Source: Octopus bimaculoides
Taxonomy: Eukaryota
Length of the DNA: 64,000 nt
Direction: 5' to 3'
Assembly (NCBI RefSeq): GCF_001194135.2
Contig: NC_068984.1
Coordinates: 77,567,873-77,631,872, forward strand
Shown piece by piece: positions 25,357 through 34,929 of the stretch. The notes under the pieces were generated by a model that saw nothing but the letters and a program-made list of their open reading frames with translations, did no database searches and was not told the DNA's origin. How positions within the stretch are numbered: the first letter of the stretch is position 1; each line of letters opens with the position of its first letter. Made by a program: the position numbers and the translations under genes.

Positions 25357-28300
25357 ATGAAGGTTAAAAAGAAGGACAGTAAGAAATTAAAAGAAGAAAC
25401 AGATGCAACTGACTTTGACTCCTCTGATGATAAATCTCTCCGGCTGTGCACCAAAAATGTCAATGGTCAAATGTTTCTGGTTATGGCACCCGAAAATGAA
25501 AACTCTTCTTTATTTGACTCATCTGTGGAGACTGATGCTGGAAACTCATCTGATGCTGTTGATGAAGATGATTCTGAAATAAGCGTAGTTCTGTTGAATG
25601 ATTCTAAGTCTAATGAAAACACTGTTATTGAGGATGAATTTATGGATCAAACCTTAACTGTACCTGGTTCAACTATTTCCACCTCAGCTCCAGTCATTTT
25701 GCCAATAATTTCTCCCTCAGTTTTAACAGATCCATCAATTAATAGCAACCTTACATCACTGCTTCCCCCAGATTTGACAGAAAATGTGTCAGTCAGTAGG
25801 GACTCTTCTTTAAATGCAGCGGTTTCTCTTCTTACAGACTCAGCTCCTGTGCTCACGGCAAATATAAAGAAGGAACCTGGGATTGAACCTATTTCTGCTT
25901 TAGCTCCATCATTAGTCACAAAAAGTGAGCCTATTATTTTGAACCCTCAAGCAATGGACACAAGTGCTGGCAGTCCTGCCATCAAATCTGAATTTGTAAA
26001 CAGTGAAAACCAGCTGAAGGTAAATACACTATTACATACTGATGGTTCTGTGGATTCATCTGGCACTTATAAAATCAGTGTACCCATTTCATCACCTGCT
26101 TATCAAAAATTTACTATTGATAATAAGACAACAAATTCTGCTGTCTTACCAAAGAACATAATAGTCAAATCTTCTCAACCATTATCTCAGACCAATCTGA
26201 AAAATATTCTTTATTCATTCAATGCTATTTTAAAAGCTACTCAAAGTTCAACAGAATCAAGTGGAAATGTTCCACCTAAGGGGACACATGCAATTCTATT
26301 AAATGGAACCAATACTGTTTACTCAGCTTTAGAGCCTAATATGTCGAGCTGCATTTCAAATTCAAGTCTCAATGTGCTCCCACCAAAATCTATTTCAGCT
26401 GCAACTTCAACATTAGCAAACACAATATTAAAAACTGAAAATCAGCCTAAAATTTCCCCACTTCCTGCAACTACTTTGCCAAAGAAGGTATTTGTTGTTC
26501 CTGTGTCATTACCTTCAAATAATTCTCAAGTTGTACACCTTACTATGGTTTCTAATTCTCAGACTACTCCAGTACCATCTCCTGTAACTTCTTTTAAGTA
26601 TATGTCCAGTGCCTCTTCAGTAGGTCCCATTCTGAAGAATTCACAAAACACTACTATAATAGCTAAACCAACTTTTGCAGTAGCTAATCAAGTGGCTACT
26701 ACTACGTCAACATCTTCATCAGCTTTTCCTCTTCACACAAATCCTTTAGGAAATGTTCTGAATAACAGTTCTCCAACGTCTTCACAGATGACTCCTTGTG
26801 TCCTTGTATCAACATTGGTAGATCAAGCTTCACCTGCTGTGACCAGTGATGACAAGACAATTCTACATAATGGTTATGTGTCTTCTAATGTTTATCAGGT
26901 TGTTAAAAGCAGTAATTCTTCAATCTCTGCTAATGTTCCTACACAAGCTATCAACTCGAAAGAAACTTTTAAAAAATCTTCAGAATTGATTCTGCCAAAT
27001 GGTGTTACAGCCACACCAAAAACACCTACAACGAATATTGCTATTCTTGAAGACTTAGACTCTCATAAAACAATTCATGCTATCACCAAAACAACATCAA
27101 GTTACAATCTCAACAAAGGTATTTGCACTATTCCAAAATTCAGTTCTACAGCTGATGGCTCTTTGACTAAAACTCAGCAAAAGCCTACAGGCACCTACAC
27201 TTCAATTGTAGGTGACAAAACTTCTTGGTTAATTCTACCTGCAAGTACTTCAGATGCCAAGAACTCTTCTGCAGTGAAGACTACTACAATTGAACCAAAT
27301 GTTCAGGTGGTCGTCTCTTCTGCTTCCCCTTCAACAACTACCACCATCACTACTACCAAAAACTTACAGGATTCATTTCCTAAATCAGAAGAAATTATAA
27401 AGAGTTCTTCATCAACAAATTTTGTCCCCCATATAAAATATGCTATCAGTGTACCAAAATCCAAAAAACTTTTCCCAAGACCACTTGCTCCCAAGACAGA
27501 AATATCTACAGTGATTTCATCAACTACTATTAATCCTCTGAGTCATAATGTACCATCAACATCTTTAAACTTGTCATCTTCACAAAATGCTAGTAATTTT
27601 TTGGTATCAACTTCTAATTCTAGTAAAGCCAAACAAACTTCTTCATTATCAATTTCTCCTCCAAATTCTACAACTAGTGTTTCATATTCCTCTAACTTTA
27701 GCAAACCAATGGTTTTTATTGGTCCTATAAATCCTGATGATTTGCTTAATCTGGCCAAACATATCCCATCTGCAGCTCAGTCTGTTTTCCAGGCTTCTCA
27801 TAAAACATCTGAAAGTGTGAGGATCATTCACCCCAGTGATATCTATAAAACCAAAAGTAATACCAACTTACCTAAATTATCACCATCCTCATCGCAAAAC
27901 ATTATCTTAGTTCCACCAGAGTCTCTTCCTGAACAAGTCAGCTTTGCCCCTTCAGTAACATCAATCAAAAATAAGATCAGTAACCCTCTTATACTGTCTA
28001 CATCTACACAACAGCCAAAAAATGCTAATGCAGCCAAAGGACTTTCCTTATTAAATACTAACACTGGTACACAGTCAGCACCAACATTGTTACAAGCCTC
28101 CAACTGTAATAACAATGCAAGGTTTGTGACTAAAAGTGTACACAACAATATCCCTGTCATGTTTTCTCCATCCTCGACATCATCATCTGATCCTCTAAAG
28201 CTTAATGTAACTACTGCAGTAGGATCTAATCCAGTTTATTCACAATCTCAATTAAAGCTGAGTCCAGCTGGAGTATCTACAGTAGCCTCTGTTATTTCTA

Positions 28301-31300
28301 AACAACAACCACAACAGCAGCAGCAGCAGGTGACATCTGCTAATATTAGTCCAGTGATCAAGGTTAAACAAGAATTACCAGATGATACAGTCAGCAATGT
28401 TGCTCCAGTAGTTTCTCTGGTAAACAGTCAGGAAAATGCAACTGCTAATTCTCTTGTAAAACTAACTTCTTTTTCTCACAATCAAGTTAATCTGAAACTG
28501 GGGAAAGTTTCCAGTGCTTCTGATACCATGAGTAAACCTATATCTACACATGTAGTTAACTATGTTACAAGCCCTAAGTCTGCTGTGCCTCAGTTTGTTA
28601 AGCTGACAAAAGTTGTTGACAATGTCAGGAAGAAATTTCAACTTCCAACATCGGCAAGCCAACCCAGTCAGTCAGAACAGTTACTTTTTAAAGTGCAGCA
28701 ACCAGAAACTCAAGTAATGCAAGCTCCTGATACATGCGATAACTCCAAAAATGTCAAAAGTACTACTAGTTTGACTGCTAATTTTCGTATCACTTCTACT
28801 TCATCTTTGATCCTGCCGACTCATCTAACCAATACCAAAACCACAACTGTTTCTTCAAATAACTCTTCTTCAAAACCAGAATCTGTAGTAATTTCAGACA
28901 GCCAATCAGATCTGGGGAATTTAAAATCCATCTGTCAGAAAGAGGATGAAAATCCTATGACATTGAAAATTGATTCCATATTTTCTCTGCGGGATAACTC
29001 TAATTTTACCATAAATGCTCCTAAAGATAATTGGAAAATAAAATCTGAGGAAGAAATGACTAATAATTTTTTTAAACCAGTGGTTTCTTCATTAGCCGAC
29101 ATAAAACCAGTGGTTTCATCATTAACTGACATAAAACCAATGGTTTCATCATTAGCTGACATAAAACCAATAGTTTCATCATTAGCTGACATAAAACCAA
29201 TAGTTTCATCATTAGCTGACATAAAACCAGTGGTTACTTCGTGGGCAATCTCAAAACCAGTGATTTCTCCAGGTACCACTTCTAAAATAGTAGTTTCTTC
29301 ATTACCCACCCCAAAACCAGAAGTTAACTCCTTTATCTCCTCTAAATCAATGGTTTCGTCAACGACCTCCATAAAACCAGTGGTGACCACTTCGAAACCA
29401 GTGGTAACCACTCCAAAACCACTGGTAACCACCCCAAAACCACTGGCATCCGCTTCGAAACCAGCGGCAACTACTCCGAAACCAGCGGTAACCACTTCGA
29501 AACCAGTGGTAACCGCTTCGAAACCAGCGGTGGCAACTTCGAAATCAGTGGTAACCACTTCGAAACCAGTAGTGCTTTCATCCTTGACCACTTCAAAACC
29601 AATGGTCATCTCATTGAACACTTCAAAGCCAGTAGTTTCTTCATTTAACACCACTACACCAGTGGTTACTACACTAACAAACTTACAACCTTTGGCTTCT
29701 ATATTTCCAAGACCTCAATCAATGGTTTCCCTAATTCCAAATCCTTCCCAGCCTGTAGTTTCATTACTTTCAACCCCTCAGCCTACACTTGCTTCATTGA
29801 GAAACCCTAAACCTATAAGTTCTTCAGTAGCATCCCCAATATTTCTTTCTTCAAATTTGCAATCTACCAACTCTGCTCAGACACTGCATGATGTAAATTC
29901 CACTTGGAAACCCAATGACATAAATTGCACTCAGACAGCTTTTGGAGAAATTTCCACTCAGACGGATTTTAGAGAAAATTCCACTCAGATAAATTATGGA
30001 GAAAATTCTTGTCAGACAGATTGTGAAGTGAGTTCCAGTCAGACAGATTATGGAGAAAATTCCAGTCAGACAGATTTTGAAGCAGGTTCCAGTCAGAAAG
30101 AATTTGGAGTAAATTCCTGTCAAACAGATAATGGAGCAAACTCAAAGCAGACAGTATATGAAGTAAATTCCACTCGGCCAGCTCAAGAAGTAATTTCCAC
30201 TAAATCAGCAGTTGAAGTGAATTCCACTGTGCCATCTTCTAATATAATTTCCACTACTCCAGCAATTGAACTAAATTCCACTTTACCATCTTATAAAATA
30301 ATTACCACTAAATCTCCAATTAAACTAAATAACACTCTGCCACCTTATAAAATAATTGTTACTAAGCCAAATGTATTAAATTCTGCTCAGCAGTCATGTA
30401 AAATAATTTCCACTAAACCAGCAACTGAAGTAAATTCACCTCACTCAGGTGATGGAGTAAATTCCACACAGACAGCAGATGGAGCAAATTCAAAGGTTCT
30501 AGGGAATGAGAAGGAAGAAAAATTACCACAAGAGACATCAAAATCTAGGCTTAAGTTCAAAATGTATCAGTTTGACAAGCCTTTAACTTCTAAACCACCA
30601 GTATCAAATAGTTATAGGCAGTACAGCTACTTAAATCCTAAGCCAATAAAGCCAAAACAACTTATTGAAAGTCCAAACATGATAAAACTTGTCAAGATGC
30701 ATAGTGCTTATAACAAACTGCAAAGAGAAAACAAGCAACTAGAAATGAAAATCACGGCCAAGAAGAAAACGAGAATCAAAATTGATAAATATACCCTTTC
30801 AAAATTTCCCCTCAAACAATGTTTTGTAACGATGCCCAGATTGTACTTGCCTGATGGTAAAAAATCTGCTAATGTTAAGAAGTTGGGTGAGAAGACTCTA
30901 AAATCTATTAAATGTCGTGCTTCTTGCAAAAATATTACTCAGACGCTTAGGTTGAATAACATATTAGCTGCACAAAAAGCTAACAAAATGGGTTTCAGGT
31001 ACTTAAATACTGCGAATACAAATAATGTGCACATAAACATTTCAAACCAAAATGCAGCAGGAAATACTAAGTCTTTCAAAGTAATTTCCACTTCAATGAA
31101 TCCACTAATACTTCCCAAGACAATTTCTCCTCTTCAAAGCCAGCGACTTCTAGTGATGCAGGTAAATGGCAAAAGTGTTCTGTTTCCTGTTGTGAATAAA
31201 GTGCAAAATCAACAGACTCCTATTCTAAACAAAGGTCACATAGTGCAAACATCTATTCCAACCACTCTGAATCCTGTTAATAAAAGTACAGCTATTAGAA

Positions 31301-31653
31301 CTTCTATATCTGACCAATCCCTGTTATTAAATACCCAATTTGTAAACATTGCTCCAAATGTAGTCAGTAAAGGCCCTAGTTACAGCACCTTAACAAATTC
31401 CACCAGTTTATTGAATGTCAGTAAAACTGACTCAGCACAATCAGTAATTCCTTCTAACTCATCTTTAGATAATGCAGAGGATGATGATGATGATGTCAAC
31501 AGCTGCCTACAACTTGCATGTGGTATTATTGAGACTAACACATTAAAACGTAAAGCATCTGATTACAGACGTGAGTCACGTAAAATGAAAGATTCATTTC
31601 AGATGAGACACAAAAAAAGTAAGAATTACATTTCTTCCATGTTGAATATATGA
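25357..31653 (+). CDS. Giant terminal coding exon, 2098 aa, Ser/Thr/Pro/Val/Asn-rich low-complexity (probably intrinsically disordered, nuclear) protein of unknown family
   Basis: 6.3-kb uninterrupted ORF in otherwise stop-rich DNA. Acceptor TTTTTATTTTCAG|G at 25346/47, ATG 10 nt downstream (the frame is also open from the splice site: G|KLE-M). Basic N- and C-terminal clusters (KVKKKDSKK, LKRK...RHKKSK); AATAAA at 31681. No globular domain recognised. Confidence 0.9.
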   Translation: MKVKKKDSKKLKEETDATDFDSSDDKSLRLCTKNVNGQMFLVMAPENENSSLFDSSVETDAGNSSDAVDEDDSEISVVLLNDSKSNENTVIEDEFMDQTLTVPGSTISTSAPVILPIISPSVLTDPSINSNLTSLLPPDLTENVSVSRDSSLNAAVSLLTDSAPVLTANIKKEPGIEPISALAPSLVTKSEPIILNPQAMDTSAGSPAIKSEFVNSENQLKVNTLLHTDGSVDSSGTYKISVPISSPAYQKFTIDNKTTNSAVLPKNIIVKSSQPLSQTNLKNILYSFNAILKATQSSTESSGNVPPKGTHAILLNGTNTVYSALEPNMSSCISNSSLNVLPPKSISAATSTLANTILKTENQPKISPLPATTLPKKVFVVPVSLPSNNSQVVHLTMVSNSQTTPVPSPVTSFKYMSSASSVGPILKNSQNTTIIAKPTFAVANQVATTTSTSSSAFPLHTNPLGNVLNNSSPTSSQMTPCVLVSTLVDQASPAVTSDDKTILHNGYVSSNVYQVVKSSNSSISANVPTQAINSKETFKKSSELILPNGVTATPKTPTTNIAILEDLDSHKTIHAITKTTSSYNLNKGICTIPKFSSTADGSLTKTQQKPTGTYTSIVGDKTSWLILPASTSDAKNSSAVKTTTIEPNVQVVVSSASPSTTTTITTTKNLQDSFPKSEEIIKSSSSTNFVPHIKYAISVPKSKKLFPRPLAPKTEISTVISSTTINPLSHNVPSTSLNLSSSQNASNFLVSTSNSSKAKQTSSLSISPPNSTTSVSYSSNFSKPMVFIGPINPDDLLNLAKHIPSAAQSVFQASHKTSESVRIIHPSDIYKTKSNTNLPKLSPSSSQNIILVPPESLPEQVSFAPSVTSIKNKISNPLILSTSTQQPKNANAAKGLSLLNTNTGTQSAPTLLQASNCNNNARFVTKSVHNNIPVMFSPSSTSSSDPLKLNVTTAVGSNPVYSQSQLKLSPAGVSTVASVISKQQPQQQQQQVTSANISPVIKVKQELPDDTVSNVAPVVSLVNSQENATANSLVKLTSFSHNQVNLKLGKVSSASDTMSKPISTHVVNYVTSPKSAVPQFVKLTKVVDNVRKKFQLPTSASQPSQSEQLLFKVQQPETQVMQAPDTCDNSKNVKSTTSLTANFRITSTSSLILPTHLTNTKTTTVSSNNSSSKPESVVISDSQSDLGNLKSICQKEDENPMTLKIDSIFSLRDNSNFTINAPKDNWKIKSEEEMTNNFFKPVVSSLADIKPVVSSLTDIKPMVSSLADIKPIVSSLADIKPIVSSLADIKPVVTSWAISKPVISPGTTSKIVVSSLPTPKPEVNSFISSKSMVSSTTSIKPVVTTSKPVVTTPKPLVTTPKPLASASKPAATTPKPAVTTSKPVVTASKPAVATSKSVVTTSKPVVLSSLTTSKPMVISLNTSKPVVSSFNTTTPVVTTLTNLQPLASIFPRPQSMVSLIPNPSQPVVSLLSTPQPTLASLRNPKPISSSVASPIFLSSNLQSTNSAQTLHDVNSTWKPNDINCTQTAFGEISTQTDFRENSTQINYGENSCQTDCEVSSSQTDYGENSSQTDFEAGSSQKEFGVNSCQTDNGANSKQTVYEVNSTRPAQEVISTKSAVEVNSTVPSSNIISTTPAIELNSTLPSYKIITTKSPIKLNNTLPPYKIIVTKPNVLNSAQQSCKIISTKPATEVNSPHSGDGVNSTQTADGANSKVLGNEKEEKLPQETSKSRLKFKMYQFDKPLTSKPPVSNSYRQYSYLNPKPIKPKQLIESPNMIKLVKMHSAYNKLQRENKQLEMKITAKKKTRIKIDKYTLSKFPLKQCFVTMPRLYLPDGKKSANVKKLGEKTLKSIKCRASCKNITQTLRLNNILAAQKANKMGFRYLNTANTNNVHINISNQNAAGNTKSFKVISTSMNPLILPKTISPLQSQRLLVMQVNGKSVLFPVVNKVQNQQTPILNKGHIVQTSIPTTLNPVNKSTAIRTSISDQSLLLNTQFVNIAPNVVSKGPSYSTLTNSTSLLNVSKTDSAQSVIPSNSSLDNAEDDDDDVNSCLQLACGIIETNTLKRKASDYRRESRKMKDSFQMRHKKSKNYISSMLNI
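29074..29640 (+). repeat. Coding tandem repeats: 5 x 30 bp (KPVVSSLADI) then ~10 x 21 bp (KPVVTTS/P)
   Basis: Visible in both DNA and translation. Confidence 0.9.
29918..30180 (+). repeat. Coding 27-bp (9-aa) repeat with S/T/C-Q-T-D cores
   Basis: DINCTQTAF GEISTQTDF RENSTQINY GENSCQTDC EVSSSQTDY GENSSQTDF EAGSSQKEF GVNSCQTDN GANSKQTVY. Confidence 0.9.
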
Positions 31654-31680
31654 AGCATAATCATCATATATGCATTGCAG

Positions 31681-31686
31681 AATAAA
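31681..31686 (+). terminator. Candidate polyadenylation signal
   Basis: AATAAA 28 nt after the TGA; another AATAAA at ~32335. Confidence 0.4.
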
Positions 31687-31927
31687 AATGGCCTGAAATT
31701 TCATTTTTTTAAAGTTTCATTTTACGTGGGACATGTATAACTTTTTTTATGGAAAATGTAATGGAATAATAATCCGTGGTACGATTGGTGTCATTTCCAA
31801 CATTAATCATTACGCCCATCATGAAACAAGAGAACCATTATAGTCTCTTGACCTGTTAGATATAGTCAATTCTCACTCAAATTACGACCCACCATCTTAA
31901 TATAAAGGATACATTGGACAGTGTGTG

Positions 31928-31961
<34 letters not shown>

Positions 31962-33061
31962 TATAAAAAAATTAACTGCCATTGCGTGGTCACTGCTGCA
32001 ATGCTTTTGATCATATAATCAACTTGATCTGGGCTGGCCTGGGCTGGCCTGGGGGTGCTAAACAACAACCAGTGGAAAGAAAAGTTCGTTGGATTCAATC
32101 TCAAGCAGCCATCATTCATAAATGTATATTTTCATAAATTTATCTTTCATTTGTTGCTGTTGGGAAATACGTATTTATTTTAAAGTTTGGGTTAGTTGCT
32201 AAAGCCGTGAAAAATTGCACTAGCTTTACTAACACTCCCAAGCTGAAAGCCCTTACATCCTCCACATAAAGCTGAAGCACTAAATTTAGTGGAGTGAAAT
32301 GAAAGTGGGGAGTAAACAAACTTACATTTCTGATAATAAAAGAAAATTGTCATTTGTTGGATTTTTAATTCAGTTTGTTTTTGTAATTTTTTTCATAAAC
32401 TGCTCAGGAGGAGGCAATGTTCATAGTCAGTATAGATCATATATCTTGGAAAGAAGATATTGATGAGCTGATGTCCAGAAATATGAAAGGGGGTGGCATT
32501 CTTTTCTTGCTTGATACAATAAAAACCCAAAAGATATTGGATTCATCAAGTCTACCTTCATCTTGTTGACAATCAAAGCCGTCAGGGTTTAGAATTTTCA
32601 AATCCAATACAGGATTTTGCAATAATAAATGTATTTACAAATACTGAATTTAATATCAATGCTGAGTAATATTTTCTATAATTGTCATCTACCATTTATA
32701 TAAAGAAGATTCTGATGAAAATCAGTATAACTCATGGCTAGTAGAAAAAGTAAAAATTCGAACTCATCTTCATTTTCACATCCTGCTTCTTTATCAGTAT
32801 GGGTTGAGTGGGTCTTTATGGTTTGTGTTAGTCCTTATTCAAAGTTATTCCTCTTGTAGATGGATGTCTCACTTGTATGTTTCATTTTGGGAATGGTTTC
32901 TTTGGTTGGTTGCTCTTCTGAACCCCAACCACTTTCCAGAGTGCACTTTGCATTTTCAGATATATCATTGTCATGGTTAAACGTTCACCTTTCGCACTGG
33001 CATAGACAGATCGGTTCAACATGCTGCAATGAATCCAAAATCTGTATTGAATTCCAATATC

Positions 33062-34632
33062 GGATCTATTTTAAAACGGGGGCCACATTTTTCATTAATG
33101 TTTTACGTAGTGTTTTTGGTACGGAAAGACTTTCAAACTTCGTATACTTATCTATTTTGTGTTATAGAACAGAAAAATATTTTTGTATTCGAATTTATTT
33201 CATGTAAAAAATTGTCTTATTTCGATAATTTCAACCAATCACTGACAAGTATTCATCATCATCGTTTAACGTCCGCTTTCCATGCTAGCATGGGTTGGAC
33301 GATTNNNNNNNNNNNNNNNNNNNNNNNNNNNNNNNNNNNNNNNNNNNNNNNNNNNNNNNNNNNNNNNNNNNNNNNNNNNNNNNNNNNNNNNNNNNNNNNN
33401 NNNNNNNNNNNNNNNNNNNNNNNNNNNNNNNNNNNNNNNNNNNNNNNNNNNNNNNNNNNNNNNNNNNNNNNNNNNNNNNNNNNNNNNNNNNNNNNNNNNN
33501 NNNNNNNNNNNNNNNNNNNNNNNNNNNNNNNNNNNNNNNNNNNNNNNNNNNNNNNNNNNNNNNNNNNNNNNNNNNNNNNNNNNNNNNNNNNNNNNNNNNN
33601 NNNNNNNNNNNNNNNNNNNNNNNNNNNNNNNNNNNNNNNNNNNNNNNNNNNNNNNNNNNNNNNNNNNNNNNNNNNNNNNNNNNNNNNNNNNNNNNNNNNN
33701 NNNNNNNNNNNNNNNNNNNNNNNNNNNNNNNNNNNNNNNNNNNNNNNNNNNNNNNNNNNNNNNNNNNNNNNNNNNNNNNNNNNNNNNNNNNNNNNNNNNN
33801 NNNNNNNNNNNNNNNNNNNNNNNNNNNNNNNNNNNNNNNNNNNNNNNNNNNNNNNNNNNNNNNNNNNNNNNNNNNNNNNNNNNNNNNNNNNNNNNNNNNN
33901 NNNNNNNNNNNNNNNNNNNNNNNNNNNNNNNNNNNNNNNNNNNNNNNNNNNNNNNNNNNNNNNNNNNNNNNNNNNNNNNNNNNNNNNNNNNNNNNNNNNN
34001 NNNNNNNNNNNNNNNNNNNNNNNNNNNNNNNNNNNNNNNNNNNNNNNNNNNNNNNNNNNNNNNNNNNNNNNNNNNNNNNNNNNNNNNNNNNNNNNNNNNN
34101 NNNNNNNNNNNNNNNNNNNNNNNNNNNNNNNNNNNNNNNNNNNNNNNNNNNNNNNNNNNNNNNNNNNNNNNNNNNNNNNNNNNNNNNNNNNNNNNNNNNN
34201 NNNNNNNNNNNNNNNNNNNNNNNNNNNNNNNNNNNNNNNNNNNNNNNNNNNNNNNNNNNNNNNNNNNNNNNNNNNNNNNNNNNNNNNNNNNNNNNNNNNA
34301 AGCGGTGTAAAGCGTATTTAATCTCCATACCTTCGTTTTATTTGCTTTTTTCATTTTAAATTTGCTTTAACCCTAACCCTAAGGTTAGGGTTAATTGTTT
34401 CAGAATCGTTTGTTTATGTAGTCGGCACTTAATGTATATCGGCTGAATGGACGTCAGTGATTGGTTGAAATTACAGAAATACGACAACTTTAACATGGAA
34501 TAACTTATGGATTTCTTTTTTTTTTAAGAAGACTAAGAGAAAAAGATGTTTTATATGACACATTCTACCAGTGTTCCAAGTTTCAAAGTGTTTCGTTAAT
34601 GAAAAATGTGGCACCCGTTTTAAAAAAGATCC
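33062..34632. mobile_element. Long-TIR DNA element (~185-bp imperfect TIRs, GG...CC ends) with exact 8-bp TSD; Merlin- or Mutator-like
   Basis: Left end GGATCTATTTTAAAACGGGGGCCACATTTTTCATTAA, right end ...TTAATGAAAAATGTGGCACCCGTTTTAAAAAAGATCC; inner ends CAACCAATCACTGAC / GTCAGTGATTGGTTG; CCAATATC at 33054-61 and 34633-40. Interior contains an RTE tail (33255-33304) and a ~1-kb gap. Confidence 0.85.
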
Positions 34633-34929
34633 CCAATATCTACCGTGGCCGGGTTTTCTGCTGCATACCCTTCCTAATGCCAACCACTTTAAGAGTGTAC
34701 TTTGTGCTACCAGTCCTAATGAGGTCGCCAATAACTCACAAGATAAGAAAGAAAAACCCCATGACTGAGTGAGAGGAAGCAAATTACCATATTCTTGAAA
34801 CAAATTAAAGAATGTCACCAAATCATGCTGTTTAATTTTGACTGGTAGCACTTGAACAAGTATCAAAACAGCTTTCATGAGTTTATGAGAATATTATGGT
34901 GTGGAAATATCAAATGTAGCTCAAAAGGT

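Noticed and set aside
29074-30180. Regular 21-30-bp direct repeats that might suggest a CRISPR-like array
   Set aside because: No unique spacers; in-frame coding tandem repeats in a eukaryotic exon; no cas genes.
25647-30929. Antisense ORFs of 63-239 aa within the giant exon
   Set aside because: Shadows of low-complexity Ser/Thr codons and tandem repeats; no independent signal.
25357-31653. Assigning the giant ORF to ATMIN/ASCIZ, MGA, ZNF518 or similar
   Set aside because: No zinc-finger, T-box or bHLH exons found; a TQT array alone does not establish orthology.
32815-33023. - strand exon-like segment HVEPICLCQCER*TFNHDNDISENAK... after TTGCAG; considered Sec read-through or a second terminal exon
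   Set aside because: No family match, no SECIS identified, moderate acceptor; cannot be supported without RNA data.
34367-34394. Head-to-head CCCTAA/TTAGGG repeats resembling a telomere fusion (also AACCCTAA at 47770-47810)
   Set aside because: Only about two units per side and inside a TIR element; insufficient evidence for a fusion site.
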